Assembly: GCA_001938485.1 (NCBI GenBank)
Contig: MQRK01208805.1
Location: 1 to 50,580, forward strand
Direction: 5' to 3'
Source of the DNA: Girardia tigrina
Taxonomy: Eukaryota
DNA length: 50,580 nucleotides
Both the position numbers and the translations under genes were made by a program. The notes under the pieces are model-generated. The model did not search any database and had not been told where the DNA came from. It saw only the letters and a list, made by a program, of their open reading frames with translations. The first letter of the stretch is position 1. Every line of letters starts with the position of its first letter. Positions 13,222 to 25,969 of the stretch are shown in pieces.

Positions 13222-13316
13222 AGCGACTCCTCCACACTTACCTTCACAAAACTCAGTTAACGTGCCTTCCGACGCTCCTCTATTTCAGTTGGAGGCTGTT
13301 GTAGAAACCTCAAAAC

Positions 13317-13569
13317 CAGGGCTGCGGAGTCGGACTAAAATTGCCCGACTCCAACTCCGACTCAAACTTCGACTCCAACTCCGACTCCGATTCCTTTTTA
13401 GGTCAATTTATAATATTTGTTATTATTTTGTTCGGAGTCGAGTTTCACGACTCCGACTTAGACTCTGACTCCAACTGTGACTTCGACTTAACCTTCCACT
13501 CCGACTCCGACTTCCACAAAAATCCCGAAACTCCGACTCCTTGACTCCGACTCCGACTCCGCAGCCCTG
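13317..13569. mobile_element. hAT-type MITE with internal (GACTCC)n
   Basis: 18-bp TIRs CAGGGCTGCGGAGTCGGA / TCCGACTCCGCAGCCCTG; perfect 8-bp TSD CTCAAAAC (13309-13316, 13570-13577). Confidence 0.95.
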
Positions 13570-13871
13570 CTCAAAACATAATTAATTAACAAACTGATAA
13601 TAATAAGAAAAGAAAATAGAAAATTATTCACAGCAACAAAGTTTTTTTTAAAGATAAATGTAATTGTGAACATTTAATTGAAATTATAAATATTGGAAAA
13701 AATATAATAAACGAAATTAAGAATATTGTGAAAAAAATGTGTAAATAAACGATAAATTAAAAACAATTGAATCAAGAAAAATGCGTGTAAATAAAACCGA
13801 CATGTTTGGATAACTTTGTGAATCCAAGGATTTTGTATGCGATGAATATATTTTATTGTCATTGTTGGTTC

Positions 13872-16800
13872 TGTCGTGTTCCCCCTTTTTTCAACATTTT
13901 TGTAAGCTCAGAGCCCCAATCCGTTTTTAGAGTTCAACGGCAACTCGTGTGTGCTTTGTACTCTTCTAGATGATCACTCATGGTTGAAGGGAACAGACGC
14001 GCCTCCTTCGCGCACATTAACGAGTTGTGTGTTCGTCGGAGCGCCTTCGGGTTCTCTACTAGTACCGAGGATGACCCGACTGGTAGTCTCAGTATCCGGC
14101 AGGGATGATAATTTTATTTTCTAGGATTACTCAAAAGTTCACTTTTATTTATTTGTGCTGAACAAAGAGTATCTTAAGGAAACAAGCGTCGACCAGAGCA
14201 CGTGCCCCTATGCGTACTGTGGCCTATCTGCGCCGTCTCCAGAAGATTCTTTGTACCGATAATGTTATGCATTAGTTACGTATTTATACTCATTATATAT
14301 TACTATCATATTATACTTACATATCACCATATATTTTATACTCGATAATATTTCATTACATTTAGTTGCATTTACTCGATATTTCATATTAGTGCTTGAT
14401 TATTTTATATTAATGCCCTACTCTGTCTTCACATTATTATTTCTTAATTATTTAAATAGTCAGCATCATCAGTGATTAAATTCAACGTCAATTATATTTT
14501 ATTATCAAAATTAACCTCTCTTTAACATCTCTCAACGCAGAGTTTAATTAATTCTTCTTTTGTAATTGAATAAAATTTAAGATCATTAATACGTATCTGA
14601 GACATCTCTATAATTTTCGATTATTCATGTTATTAACAACATCACAATTTGAATGCAAACATTTATTCACAACACAAACAGATTCTTCACAACAATTTTC
14701 AGTGGTCATCTTTCTTTGATTAATATAGTTTTTGATTAAATATTCAAATATGAAAAAATTAATGAATGGGGAAATTTTAATTTTACATTTTAATTTCTCA
14801 TAATTTTTATTGGATAAAAAGACATTATGTAATTTTTAAAATAAACATTAATTTTGAAAAATATTAAATTTAATAAGTTAAAATCGTTTACTGAAAATAT
14901 TNNNNNNNNNNNNNNNNNNNNNNNNNNNNNNNNNNNNNNNNNNNNNNNNNNTTATTAAAATTCATAATTATCAAACTTTAATTAATTAGTACTTTAATTT
15001 AATATCATTAAATTAATTTCATTAGATTCAAATAATTAATCAAATAACATATCAATCCCATCTGAGTAGGTGAGTCACAAATCTAAACAGCATACAAACA
15101 ACAAACTTACAACATTCCAAATTATCCCTCACACATGTAACACAATCAAGGTTTCCAATCATAACCCTCTCATTAATTTCCGCGAGCTTACACACTCTCC
15201 CATCGTTGACAAAAACAAACTGTTTCCGACTCGCTTTTGTAATCACATATTGTAGTCCTAAGGAGGACCGTTGCTCGTTCTCTCATAATTCTCGTATGTC
15301 ATCGTTCTCACTCCGAGTCAACCAATCACACTTTATAATATATCTAATATCTGTTGAAGTGACTGAACTCAAACGCAATGTCGCATATAAATTCAAATTA
15401 TTTCTGTAAATTGCATTTCCATTAAGTAAAACACGAGTAGTTAAAAGCCATTAAATGAAACATAAACGGTTACATTATTGAAACTTCACCATAAAGATTT
15501 TAATTGATAAACGTAAATAATTTAACTAAAATTAACCAGAAAATATTACTCGAAACCTTCTAATAAATAATTAACCAATTACTTAAATATGAAATTATTA
15601 CGAATTAAATGAAATCTTTAAGCCGATAAAATATTAAATTAAATTAAATATCGAATTAATACTTACAATTCTTCAACCAATTAAATTAAATGAACAGCAA
15701 AATTAAATAAAATAAAATTAAACATCAAATTGTTATTTCATAAGCAATTATAAACACATGCATATATCTACACGTTCTATTTACACGAATATAACCCGGT
15801 TAGGCGTGAGAGTCCAAGGACCACCCATCTTGATCCCTTGGACGCGGAGGAGAACCGCAGCTACATTTTCGGCTGGTCAAAACCTCAAACCTTGCATGCC
15901 CATCCTGATACGCCACAATTACTGTCAATTCACGAAAAGTAATTCGAGCTCAGATACTCCATTATAATGTCAATACGTTAGAAATGATATATCGATAATA
16001 AAACAAAATATTTAAATAATCAAAGACAAAATCAAAGACGAATTACAAAATATTTAATTAAGTGCAATATATAAAGGTATCAATAGTTAGCAATGTTAAG
16101 AACCAGATAAAACAAAATATTTAATCAACAAAACAAAACAATATTATATAAATAAATAACTAATACTTACAATAAATCGTAACCCATAATCAATTCATAC
16201 CTCTAAATATATATCTTTTCTCAAATATTAGGACGACTTTTCCAACCCAAATTACAACTAAGCTTCGGCTCGAGCGTTTAGACAAAATAATATAGGTGGA
16301 ATTAGCGTAATTGCCTTTCTTCAAAATTATCAGTAAATTGCTTCGTATCAAATTTTTAACTCGTCTTTCAAAAGTATTTTGTGTGGCAAATTAGTGAAAT
16401 CATCAGCAAATGTTTCGTATCGAATTTAAAACTAATTTTCCTTGAAAATTTGTTGCAAATTCAAAAATTGTGTTCTGTGTGTGTGCAGTGTGCGCGCAAA
16501 AAGTGTGTGTCGTGTGTGAGTTTGCCGTCAGGATGTGCAAGGTATATATACCTGATTGGTTGCACACCCAGTTCGACGTTCTCGGGAGGTCTGCATGCAT
16601 GTTTGTTATGTGCATGTTGTTTATTCGACAGGATGGAAAGGAGGGGGAAAACATGATTGTGTTATCCTACCTCTTACTTAAACAATCGTTTTTTTCTAAA
16701 ACTATCGTTATCTCAGGATGTCCTCTCTACCCTGGCGACCATCTGTTTTGTCGAAATTATCTAAGGACGGGATGGGAGGGGGATGACAGTGCGTTCGCAA

Positions 16801-17670
16801 TCATCTACAAGTTAATAATAATTATGCGTCGTGCTTGTCAGTTAGAGATTTCCATCTGTCTGTGGATGTCTAGTAATCAGCTTCGTTATTTGTTCAAGGG
16901 TGACGGGCTCTTTATCATTTGTCTGATTTATATATTTCGTTTTTCTAGAGTGAATATCTGTTGGTCGGCCACCCACAGTTCTTCATCGCGGATGTGCAAT
17001 TGCTTGGAGTGCCGTCAGAATTGACCGGTTGTTTACCTAACGGAGTTTCTCGATAATGTCATGCTGAATTATTTTGGTAATTTTTTTAATTAATCTAATT
17101 AAGTTTGTTAATTAATTTTTCTTCTTTTTTAGGACTTTTCAGGGTTTCAGGAGCTCATCTTGACGGGATCACGGCGCAATTCAGGGAGAACCTTCTCATC
17201 GGCTTTCATCTCACGCGCACTCAAAGCCTATTTAACATTAATGGGGATAGTCGAGTTTGACTATCTCCACAAACTTTTGACAAGACTTTCGTGCGTGCGG
17301 GACGTTGTGCACGAAGAACGGTTTTCTGCAAGTCGTAATGTTATATTCGTGTCGTAACAGTTCTCATCCTATCAATTGATCATTCGGAAGATGTGAACAT
17401 TGTTGCAACTGTACGGGACGTGATTGCCGCCCATGTTTTGTAGATTTTCTGCCATCTTATCAAAGTGAATTTATCCATGATGTCTTTTGGTTTTCGTCTT
17501 TTACTGAACAGGACTTGCTCACTGATGATCAGTGGTTTGAAATAACCTTCTCGGTCGAATTGCAGTTAGACGTGCCTCTTCCACCCATCGATTTACTTAG
17601 TGATCAGGGATCGATTTCTTGCACCAGATCCGCCTTCACAATCCACTAAGGTTAAAGTTGGATTGCGACA
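13872..17670. mobile_element. candidate giant solo LTR (~3.8 kb)
   Basis: TGTCG...CGACA termini; flanks GGTTC / GATTT (3/5 match, two transitions); non-coding interior with GC-richer patches. Confidence 0.4.
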
Positions 17671-18811
17671 GATTTATAATAGACACATATTTTTAACAAT
17701 GAAATTAACTCTTATTATTAGTAATTAATCAAGACATGGGATACATGTTTAAAAAATAATACTTATACTCTTACTAAAGGAACTTTTAGAACTTTAATAA
17801 ATTCTTTAGAATACGTTTAAGTAGTAGTTTTTCTTAAAAGTGTTTTTAACTTACTATAACAAAAAAGCATAATTATATTTTACATATTGTTTATATAATT
17901 TTAAAAACACAATTTTTATTACTCCAATGACATTTCAAGGGAAAGATTTTATACATAAATATAGTTATTGATTAAGATAAAAACAGAATATTTAAAACTC
18001 TTTATTTGAACAACTTTATTATGAGTATCTTGAATTTATGATAGTCTTTATTGTAATTGAAATAATATTATATTTTGCTTGCGTAATAACAGAATTATTA
18101 TAATCTCTACATAATGCAACATTCTTTATCTATCAAATCGAATTCTTGAATAAATTAAAACTAAAAGTCAAAACAAATAATCGAAAAAAAACTAAATACA
18201 AAATTATAAATTAACGAATAATTCATTCCACCAGAAATTGTAAAATTATTTATATATCTTATCAGAGTTATTACATATTTTAAATTACAAAGAGCATCGA
18301 AATATAAATTAAAAGTTGAATGACTCCTGAAAAGACTTCATTTTCATATTTAGTAGATGAAAATACAGAGATTGTAAAAAATCACAAATCAAAATAAAAT
18401 ATTTTTTTCTAAGCCGAAAAATTCAAAATTCGCAATGTTTGTTTAAATAAATCAATTTATTTCACATCAGTTTATTTCATTTGGAACACAATTTGAAGAA
18501 ATTGTGTGATTAATTGAGAAAATTGTCAAATTGAAATTCGCTGAAAAAAATTGAACAACACAGAGAAAAAATGAATTCGTTGGGCGACGATATGAAATCG
18601 GTGCTCAATCGATACGTTAAAAGGAAAAATCCTGAAGAAATTGAATTCGACGATAAACAATTGCGGAGTGAATTGAAGGTGAATTGTGACGCGAAACGAT
18701 CCGATCTTCACTCCCACCAGAAAAAAATCGATTTTTTCGAATACTTTCTTTTCCAAAATATTTTTATTTATTTTTTATTATTTTTTTTGATTTTTTTAAT
18801 TTTTGATTATT

Positions 18812-20465
18812 TATGAATTATTTTGTGATTATTTATTAATTAATTTGTGATTATTTATGAATTAATTTGTGATTATTTATTAATTAATTTGTGATAATTT
18901 ATTAATTAATTTGTGATTATTTATTAATTAATTTGTGATTATTTATTAATTAATTTGTGATTATTTATTAATTAATTTGTGATTATTTATTAATTAATTT
19001 TTGAATTTTTATGCATTAATTTGCGATTATTTATTAATTAATTTGTGATTATTTATGAATTAATTTGTGATTATTTATGAATTAATTTGTGATAATTTAT
19101 TAATTAATTTTTGAATATTTATGAATTAATTTGTGATTATTTATGAATTAATTTGTGATTATTTATTAATTAATTTGTGATTATTTATTATTTAATTTGT
19201 GATTATTTATGAATTAATTTGTGATTATTTATGAATTAATTTGTGATTATTTATTAATTAATTTGTGATTATTTATTATTTAATTTGTGATTATTTATGA
19301 ATTAATTTGTGATTATTTATGAATTAATTTGTGATTATTTATGAATTAATTTGTGATTATTTATTAATTAATTTGTGATTATTTATGAATTAATTTGTNN
19401 NNNNNNNNNNNNNNNNNNNNNNNNNNNNNNNNNNNNNNNNNNNNNNNNTGATTATTTATGAATTAATTTGTGATTATTTATGAATTAATTTGTGATTATT
19501 TATGAATTAATTTGTGATTATTTATGAATTAATTTGTGATTATTTATTAATTAATTTGATATTTTTTATTAATTAATTTGTGAATATTTATGAAATAATT
19601 TGTGATTATTTATGAATTAATTTGTGATTATTTATTAATTAATTTGTGATTATTAATTAATTAATTTGTGATTATTTATGAATTAATTTGTGAATATTTA
19701 TGAAATAATTTGTGATTAATTATGAATTAATTTGTGATTATTTATTAATTAATTTGTGATTATTTATTAATTAATTTGTGATAATTTATTAATTAATTTG
19801 TGATAATTTATTAATTAATTTGTGATAATTTATTAATTAATTTGTGATTATTTATGAATTAATTTGTGATTATTTATTAATTAATTTGTGATAATTTATT
19901 AATTAATTTGTGATTATTTATTACTTAATTTGTGATTATTTATTAATTAATTTGTGATTATTTATTAATTAATTTGTGAATATTTATGAATTAATTTGTG
20001 AATATTCATGAAATAATTTGTGATTAATTATGAATTAATTTGTGATTATTTATTAATTAATTTGTGATTATTTATTAATTAATTTGTGATTATTTATTAA
20101 TTAATTTGATATTTTTTATTAATTAATTTGTGAATATTTATGAAATAATTTGTGATTATTTATGAATTAATTTGTGATTATTTATGAATTAATTTGTGAA
20201 TATTTATGAAATAATTTGTGATTAATTATGAATTAATTTGTGATTATTTATTAATTAATTTGTGATTATTTATTAATTAATTTGTGAATATTTATGAAAT
20301 AATTTGTGATTATTAATTAATTAATTTGTGATTATTTATTAATTAATTTGTGAATATTTATGAAATAATTTGTGATTATTAATTAATTAATTTGTGATTA
20401 TTTATTAATTAATTTGTGTTTATTTATTTATTAATTTTTAATTATTTATGAATTAATTTGTGATT
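18812..20465. repeat. 22-bp AT-rich minisatellite (TAATTTGTGATTATTTATGAAT / ..TTATTAAT), roughly 70-75 units
   Basis: Direct inspection; contains a 50-N gap. Confidence 0.97.
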
Positions 20466-20611
20466 ATTAAAACAATTTGATTATTTATTATTATTTTGAA
20501 ATTCACGTTTGATTGATTCATGACTGCTTCACAAATAAAAAACAGAAAAAAGAACGATAAATAATCTGAAATTAATAATAAATTTCGAATATTTATTATT
20601 TCTTTTAATTC

Positions 20612-21690
20612 TCTTACATTTTTTTGGACCTGGAGCCAATCATGCACAAGCATTCGCCACATCTCTCTATTTGCAGCCTCTTTTCTCAGATATTCCATAC
20701 TCAATCCGCTCCATTCTTTTAAATCGTCTGTCTATTGCCTCTTTGGTCTTTCTCCTTCCACTCTTCCCTCAATCATAACCTTTGCCAGTGCTTGTTTTCT
20801 TATTTGATGTCCGTAGAATTTCAGCTTTCTTCTATTGATTTCGGTCTTTCAACCAGTACTTCTGTCACTCTACTCCAAACAAAGTCATTTGTCTTCTTTT
20901 CTTTCCACGTGATCTTCAGCATTCTCATGTAGCACTTCATTTCAAACACTTTAAGTCTATCCATACTCCTCTGATTTATTATCCAACTCTCGCATCCATC
21001 GAGGAGTGTTGCCCAGACAATAGCCTTAGTGATCTTTAATCTGCTCTTGAGATCGATTTCTTTGAGGTTAAAAACTGTGCTAAGTTTAATCATGCGCTTG
21101 TTGATATACCAATCCGGCTTCTGATTTCTTCTTCGCTTCTCCCATTCTCTGTGATAGTAGAGCCTAAATATTTGAAACTCTCAACTTGTTCCAGCTTCTC
21201 CCTTCAATGTCGACCTCTAGTTTAATCTCGTTGTTATGGTTTCCTGCAACCATTATTTTGCTTTTTTGCCTGTTTATTTCCATTCCGAAACTGTTTGACG
21301 CTTTGTGTAATCTGTTTGTAAGTTCCTAACTCTCTGTCTCGTCTTTACCGATTAGGTCTCTGTCGTCAGCAAATCGTAGGTTGGTTATTCTTGTTCCTCC
21401 GCAGCTTATTCCAACATCGTGCAGATCGTCTATTGCTTCCATAACAATTCTCTCAAGGAAAAGGTTGAACAGTGTTGGTGAAAGAATGTAACCTTGTCTT
21501 AATCCTACCTATGATTTAAACCAGTCGCTCAATTGCTCACTTCTCAAAACGTTTGTCTTTGTGTCTTTGTCAAGGCTCTTAATAATTCTCGTAAAATGTT
21601 TTCCTATGTAGTTCTTCTTCATAGTATTCCATAGTGCTTCGTGCCACACCCTGTCAAAAGCTTTTCAAAATCTATAAAGTTATTTTTTTA
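20612..21690 (-). mobile_element. RTE-clade LINE, 5'-truncated RT/3' end
   Basis: KAFDRVWHEALW..GLRQGYILSPTLFNLFLE..NLRFADD..FGMEIN..K.K.M..LEQVESFKYLGS..LLDGCESW..RLKVFEMKCYMRMLKITW..REMWR. Confidence 0.95.
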
Positions 21691-21742
21691 GTAATTATTC
21701 ATTATTTTTATCAATTTGTCATTATTTTTATTTTTGTATTAA

Positions 21743-22641
21743 CCCGTCGACTACCGGACACCCGTATTATATGGGTTTACGGCTTATAACTTTTGAACAA
21801 AGAGGAATTTTTTAATGCGGTTTTTTTCTAAATATTACTCCAGTCCAACTCTATTCAATTTATTGCATCAGAACAAAACTGGAGCATGTGGAACAGTGAG
21901 AAAAAATCGTAAAGGATTGCCAAATTCACTGGTAAATCACGAAAAGGAGATGTTCAATGGTTTTCGTCTTCAGCTCTTTTAGTAATGAAATGGAAAGACA
22001 AACGAGATGTCCGCATGTTATCGACTGTAAATAGTACAAATTTCTTGAACAGTGGAAAAATTGATAGATCAAACGGAACAGGAATTATGAAGCCCGCTCT
22101 AGTCGTGGAATATTCGCAACAAATGGGAGCTGTTGATGAAACTGACATGCAGATATCATTCTCCGCTTCAATTAGGAAAATTTTGCAGTGGTATAAAATA
22201 CTTCAGAGAGAAATAGAGTTGGTAGACATTCTAGTGCTCCTACACCTTTGAGATTAGTTGCTCGTCACTTTCTCGACAATGTTCCACAAGATCCAAAGAG
22301 CAGAGAACGAGTAGAAGAAATTGTATCGTTTGTAGTGCGAAACAAATTCGACAAGGAAGTTATTTCATGTGCCTTGACTGAAATGTGCCATTATGCGTAC
22401 CAAATTGTTTCTGAATTTACCACACTAAGCTTCATTTTGATGTGGATGAGTGATAACAACCGATTCTAATCAGTGAAATACAATAATACTGCAATATTGA
22501 TTGAAAACTCATTTTTGTAACTCTTACGTAATAAATATTTCTAAGTCTTCTTAAAATATTTTTCATGCTGAATTACCTGTGTTACGTCTAAAACTTCAAT
22601 AAAATTAACAAACCTCCAAAATAAATTCGGTAGTCAACGGG
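21743..22641 (+). mobile_element. internally deleted piggyBac (PGBD4-like), 899 bp
   Basis: TTAA at 21739-42 and 22642-45; 14-bp TIRs CCCGTCGACTACCG / CGGTAGTCAACGGG; YYSSPTLF..GACGTVRKNRKGLP..KWKDKRDVRMLST..KP..V.EY.Q.MGAVD; C-terminal Cys-rich CIVC..C..VPLC..CF..YH. Confidence 0.95.
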
Positions 22642-23948
22642 TTAATTTAGGTTTTTTTTGAAATAATTTATCACTATTTATTATTATTTTTTTATTAATT
22701 CAAGATTGTTTTTAGAATAATTTTTTTATTTTTTATAAATATATGTTTTCAAAACATATTTTTGAATATTTTGTCTATAAATTCATAGTAATACTTGTCA
22801 TCAGTGTCGAGCAAGTTCTATTTGAAAACAAGAACAAAATACTTCGTGTAAATAGTCTAAAAATTAGAAAAAAAGTTTATTTTTTTGAAAATTGAATTTG
22901 TTAAAACATAAAAAATCAATTCACATTTAAAATCGTAATTAATATTTTTGAATAAAAGTCGAAAATTTTTATTTTCTCTTGATTTAAAGCATTTTGAAAA
23001 AACTCTACAAAAATAAAAAAAATGTTTAAAAATAAAATTCTTCATTCATGTGTTTTGGTTCTCAACAACGGACTATGGTATTTAGATAAAACTTACTCAA
23101 GCGATGCTGCAAGTATTACTGTGGTTATAGCCCTATTTTTTACAGATCAGAAAATATTTTTGAAAAAAAATCGCATAAAAATTTTGTGCTAAATTTATTT
23201 TCGTGAAAAAAAGGATGAATCAATTTTAAAAATTGGCGAAGAAAAGTATTTCAAAAAAATTATTTTTGGTGGAGTGAAATAGGAGTGTAGTTTTAGGGAG
23301 CAATGTTAATTTTTCGAATGACATTAATTGTGTCAGGTGTGCAATGTCGTTCTCCACAAACATCCAAAGAACAAGAAAGAGAAGGACAAATTGAAGATCA
23401 TCACCCAAATATCTCACATCAGCGACACTTGTGAGACGCCTCTACCGATTGGGGCGACTGCAGGGTCAGCCCAGTTGAAGGACGTGGTAATTATCAATGT
23501 TTAATTTTTCAGTATTTGTATTGTGACTTGAGGAACAGTGATTTCATTGCACTTATTAGTGGTTCTTGGAACATCGTCGGAATTATTAGTAGCAGACATT
23601 AAAACTTTTATTATACCACAAAAACAATGTTTAAATCTAATATTTAAACAAATTTATTTTTTTTGAGAAACTATTTGTTTTATAAATCTTAAACCGATAT
23701 AAATAAAAATACATATAAATATTCACATTTGCTTTTTTTATTACTTCTATAATCACTTTTAAATTACGATAACACTTTAAAATATTTAATCGTTTCATTT
23801 AATTTTATTACTTTTTTAAAATCGTTTCACATAAAAATTATACACTTTTTTTACTTTTTATATTATATTAAAACTCTCAAAAAATTTTTACTAGTAATTT
23901 AATTGATCTTCTTAATTTTAGTAATTTTATTTTTTTGAATGTTACATA

Positions 23949-25199
23949 TTAGGTTGGTCGAAAAATAATGGCGGTTTTGGGACACAAACTTCAAAGACGT
24001 GCAAATTCACAGAAACAAAAGTTTATTAATCAAAGTATGAACCGTTGGCATCAATACATNNNNNNNNNNNNNNNNNNNNNNNNNNNNNNNNNNNNNNNNN
24101 NNNNNNNNNNNNNNNNNNNNNNNNNNNNNNNNNNNNNNNNNNNNNNNNNNNNNNNNNNNNNNNNNNNNNNNNNNNNNNNNNNNNNNNNNNNNNNNNNNNN
24201 NNNNNNNNNNNNNNNNNNNNNNNNNNNNNNNNNNNNNNNNNNNNNNNNNNNNNNNNNNNNNNNNNNNNNNNNNNNNNNNNNNNNNNNNNNNNNNNNNNNN
24301 NNNNNNNNNNNNNNNNNNNNNNNNNNNNNNNNNNNNNNNNNNNNNNNNNNNNNNNNNNNNNNNNNNNNNNNNNNNNNNNNNNNNNNNNNNNNNNNNNNNN
24401 NNNNNNNNNNNNNNNNNNNNNNNNNNNNNNNNNNNNNNNNNNNNNNNNNNNNNNNNNNNNNNNNNNNNNNNNNNNNNNNNNNNNNNNNNNNNNNNNNNNN
24501 NNNNNNNNNNNNNNNNNNNNNNNNNNNNNNNNNNNNNNNNNNNNNNNNNNNNNNNNNNNNNNNNNNNNNNNNNNNNNNNNNNNNNNNNNNNNNNNNNNNN
24601 NNNNNNNNNNNNNNNNNNNNNNNNNNNNNNNNNNNNNNNNNNNNNNNNNNNNNNNNNNNNNNNNNNNNNNNNNNNNNNNNNNNNNNNNNNNNNNNNNNNN
24701 NNNNNNNNNNNNNNNNNNNNNNNNNNNNNNNNNNNNNNNNNNNNNNNNNNNNNNNNNNNNNNNNNNNNNNNNNNNNNNNNNNNNNNNNNNNNNNNNNNNN
24801 NNNNNNNNNNNNNNNNNNNNNNNNNNNNNNNNNNNNNNNNNNNNNNNNNNNNNNNNNNNNNNNNNNNNNNNNNNNNNNNNNNNNNNNNNNNNNNNNNNNN
24901 NNNNNNGCTCAGAAGCTGTTCCCTTGCCAAACGCTTTATTGATATTGCGAGCCGTTTCTGCTGCTTTACGACCCAGTTTAAATTCGTACAAGAAAATTGC
25001 TTGAATTTTAATTTTTTCCATTATTGATTTAGCACCGTAAAAATAACAGCAATATGTTAATAATGGCTATAGGAATATACAGCTAGGCATAAGATTTCAA
25101 ATAATATCTAACACTAATGCATTTAAACTTATATACATATCAAAGTAGATAAACAAAGTATAAAGCTCAAAAACCGCCATTATTTTTCGACCAACCTAA
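23949..25199 (-). mobile_element. full-length Hsmar1-like (cecropia subfamily) mariner, core masked by Ns
   Basis: Perfect 30-bp TIRs TTAGGTTGGTCGAAAAATAATGGCGGTTTT; TA TSD at 23947-48 and 25200-01; ORF 25021-24026 MEKIKIQAIFLYEFKLGRKAAETARNINKAFG...CIDANGSYFD. Confidence 0.97.
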
Positions 25200-25969
25200 T
25201 ATTTAATTATATAAAAATTTTAATTTGTACATATTTAATATAACCTTCTTTCAAAAATTTTCCTAACATTTTTAATTCCTAACAGTACTCTTTTATAAAT
25301 TGAATTGATTTATAATTGATTTTATATTTCGAAGGTTTAATCGTTCACACTTTTCTATGAGAGAAACTCATGATTGTGTCATCAAAAATGTAAAATTTAT
25401 CAAAAATTCCTAATATTTGTTTAGATTATTGTTTGAACATCGATTTTGGGATCACAATTTTTTTATCAACAATGCTTCTTCCCACTATATTCTCTTTTAT
25501 TTTTTTGCAATTCTTTTGAAATACTTTCCAATAAAAATATTTATTAATTACATTTTAATAAATAGTGTTCGAATAATCCTAATATCTCAAACTTTGAAAA
25601 TATCCATTTGCCATCTAGACAAGAGAGGAAATTCCAATACCAAAATACCAAATGTAACTTAAAATATTCATTATTGGAAAATATTTACAAATTTTCAAAT
25701 GCTCAGCAATATTACTCTTACACCCTCTATAAGCATACTCTTGGAATCATTTGTTAGATGGCAGTGGGTAGTCTCTTCAATATATGGGTTCCATGTTAAA
25801 AGAACCAACAATAAAAATTGAATAAAATTAAAATAATAATTAAATAAATACATTTTAAATAAAAAGAATATAACAAAATTAATTTGTGGATATTTCATTA
25901 ATTACTTTAAACTTTGTATTAATAAAAGAATTTGTAATCATAGATTTCTAGCGATTCCTTTTAAGTAAA

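Noticed and set aside
13163-13673. ORFs rich in DS / RL / ES repeats
   Set aside because: Translations of the (GACTCC)n MITE
16381-17024. Cys-rich ORFs up to 184 aa
   Set aside because: Produced by TG-rich low-complexity sequence; no domain recognised
23968-25004. Long ORFs overlapping the mariner in other frames
   Set aside because: Open only because of the N run
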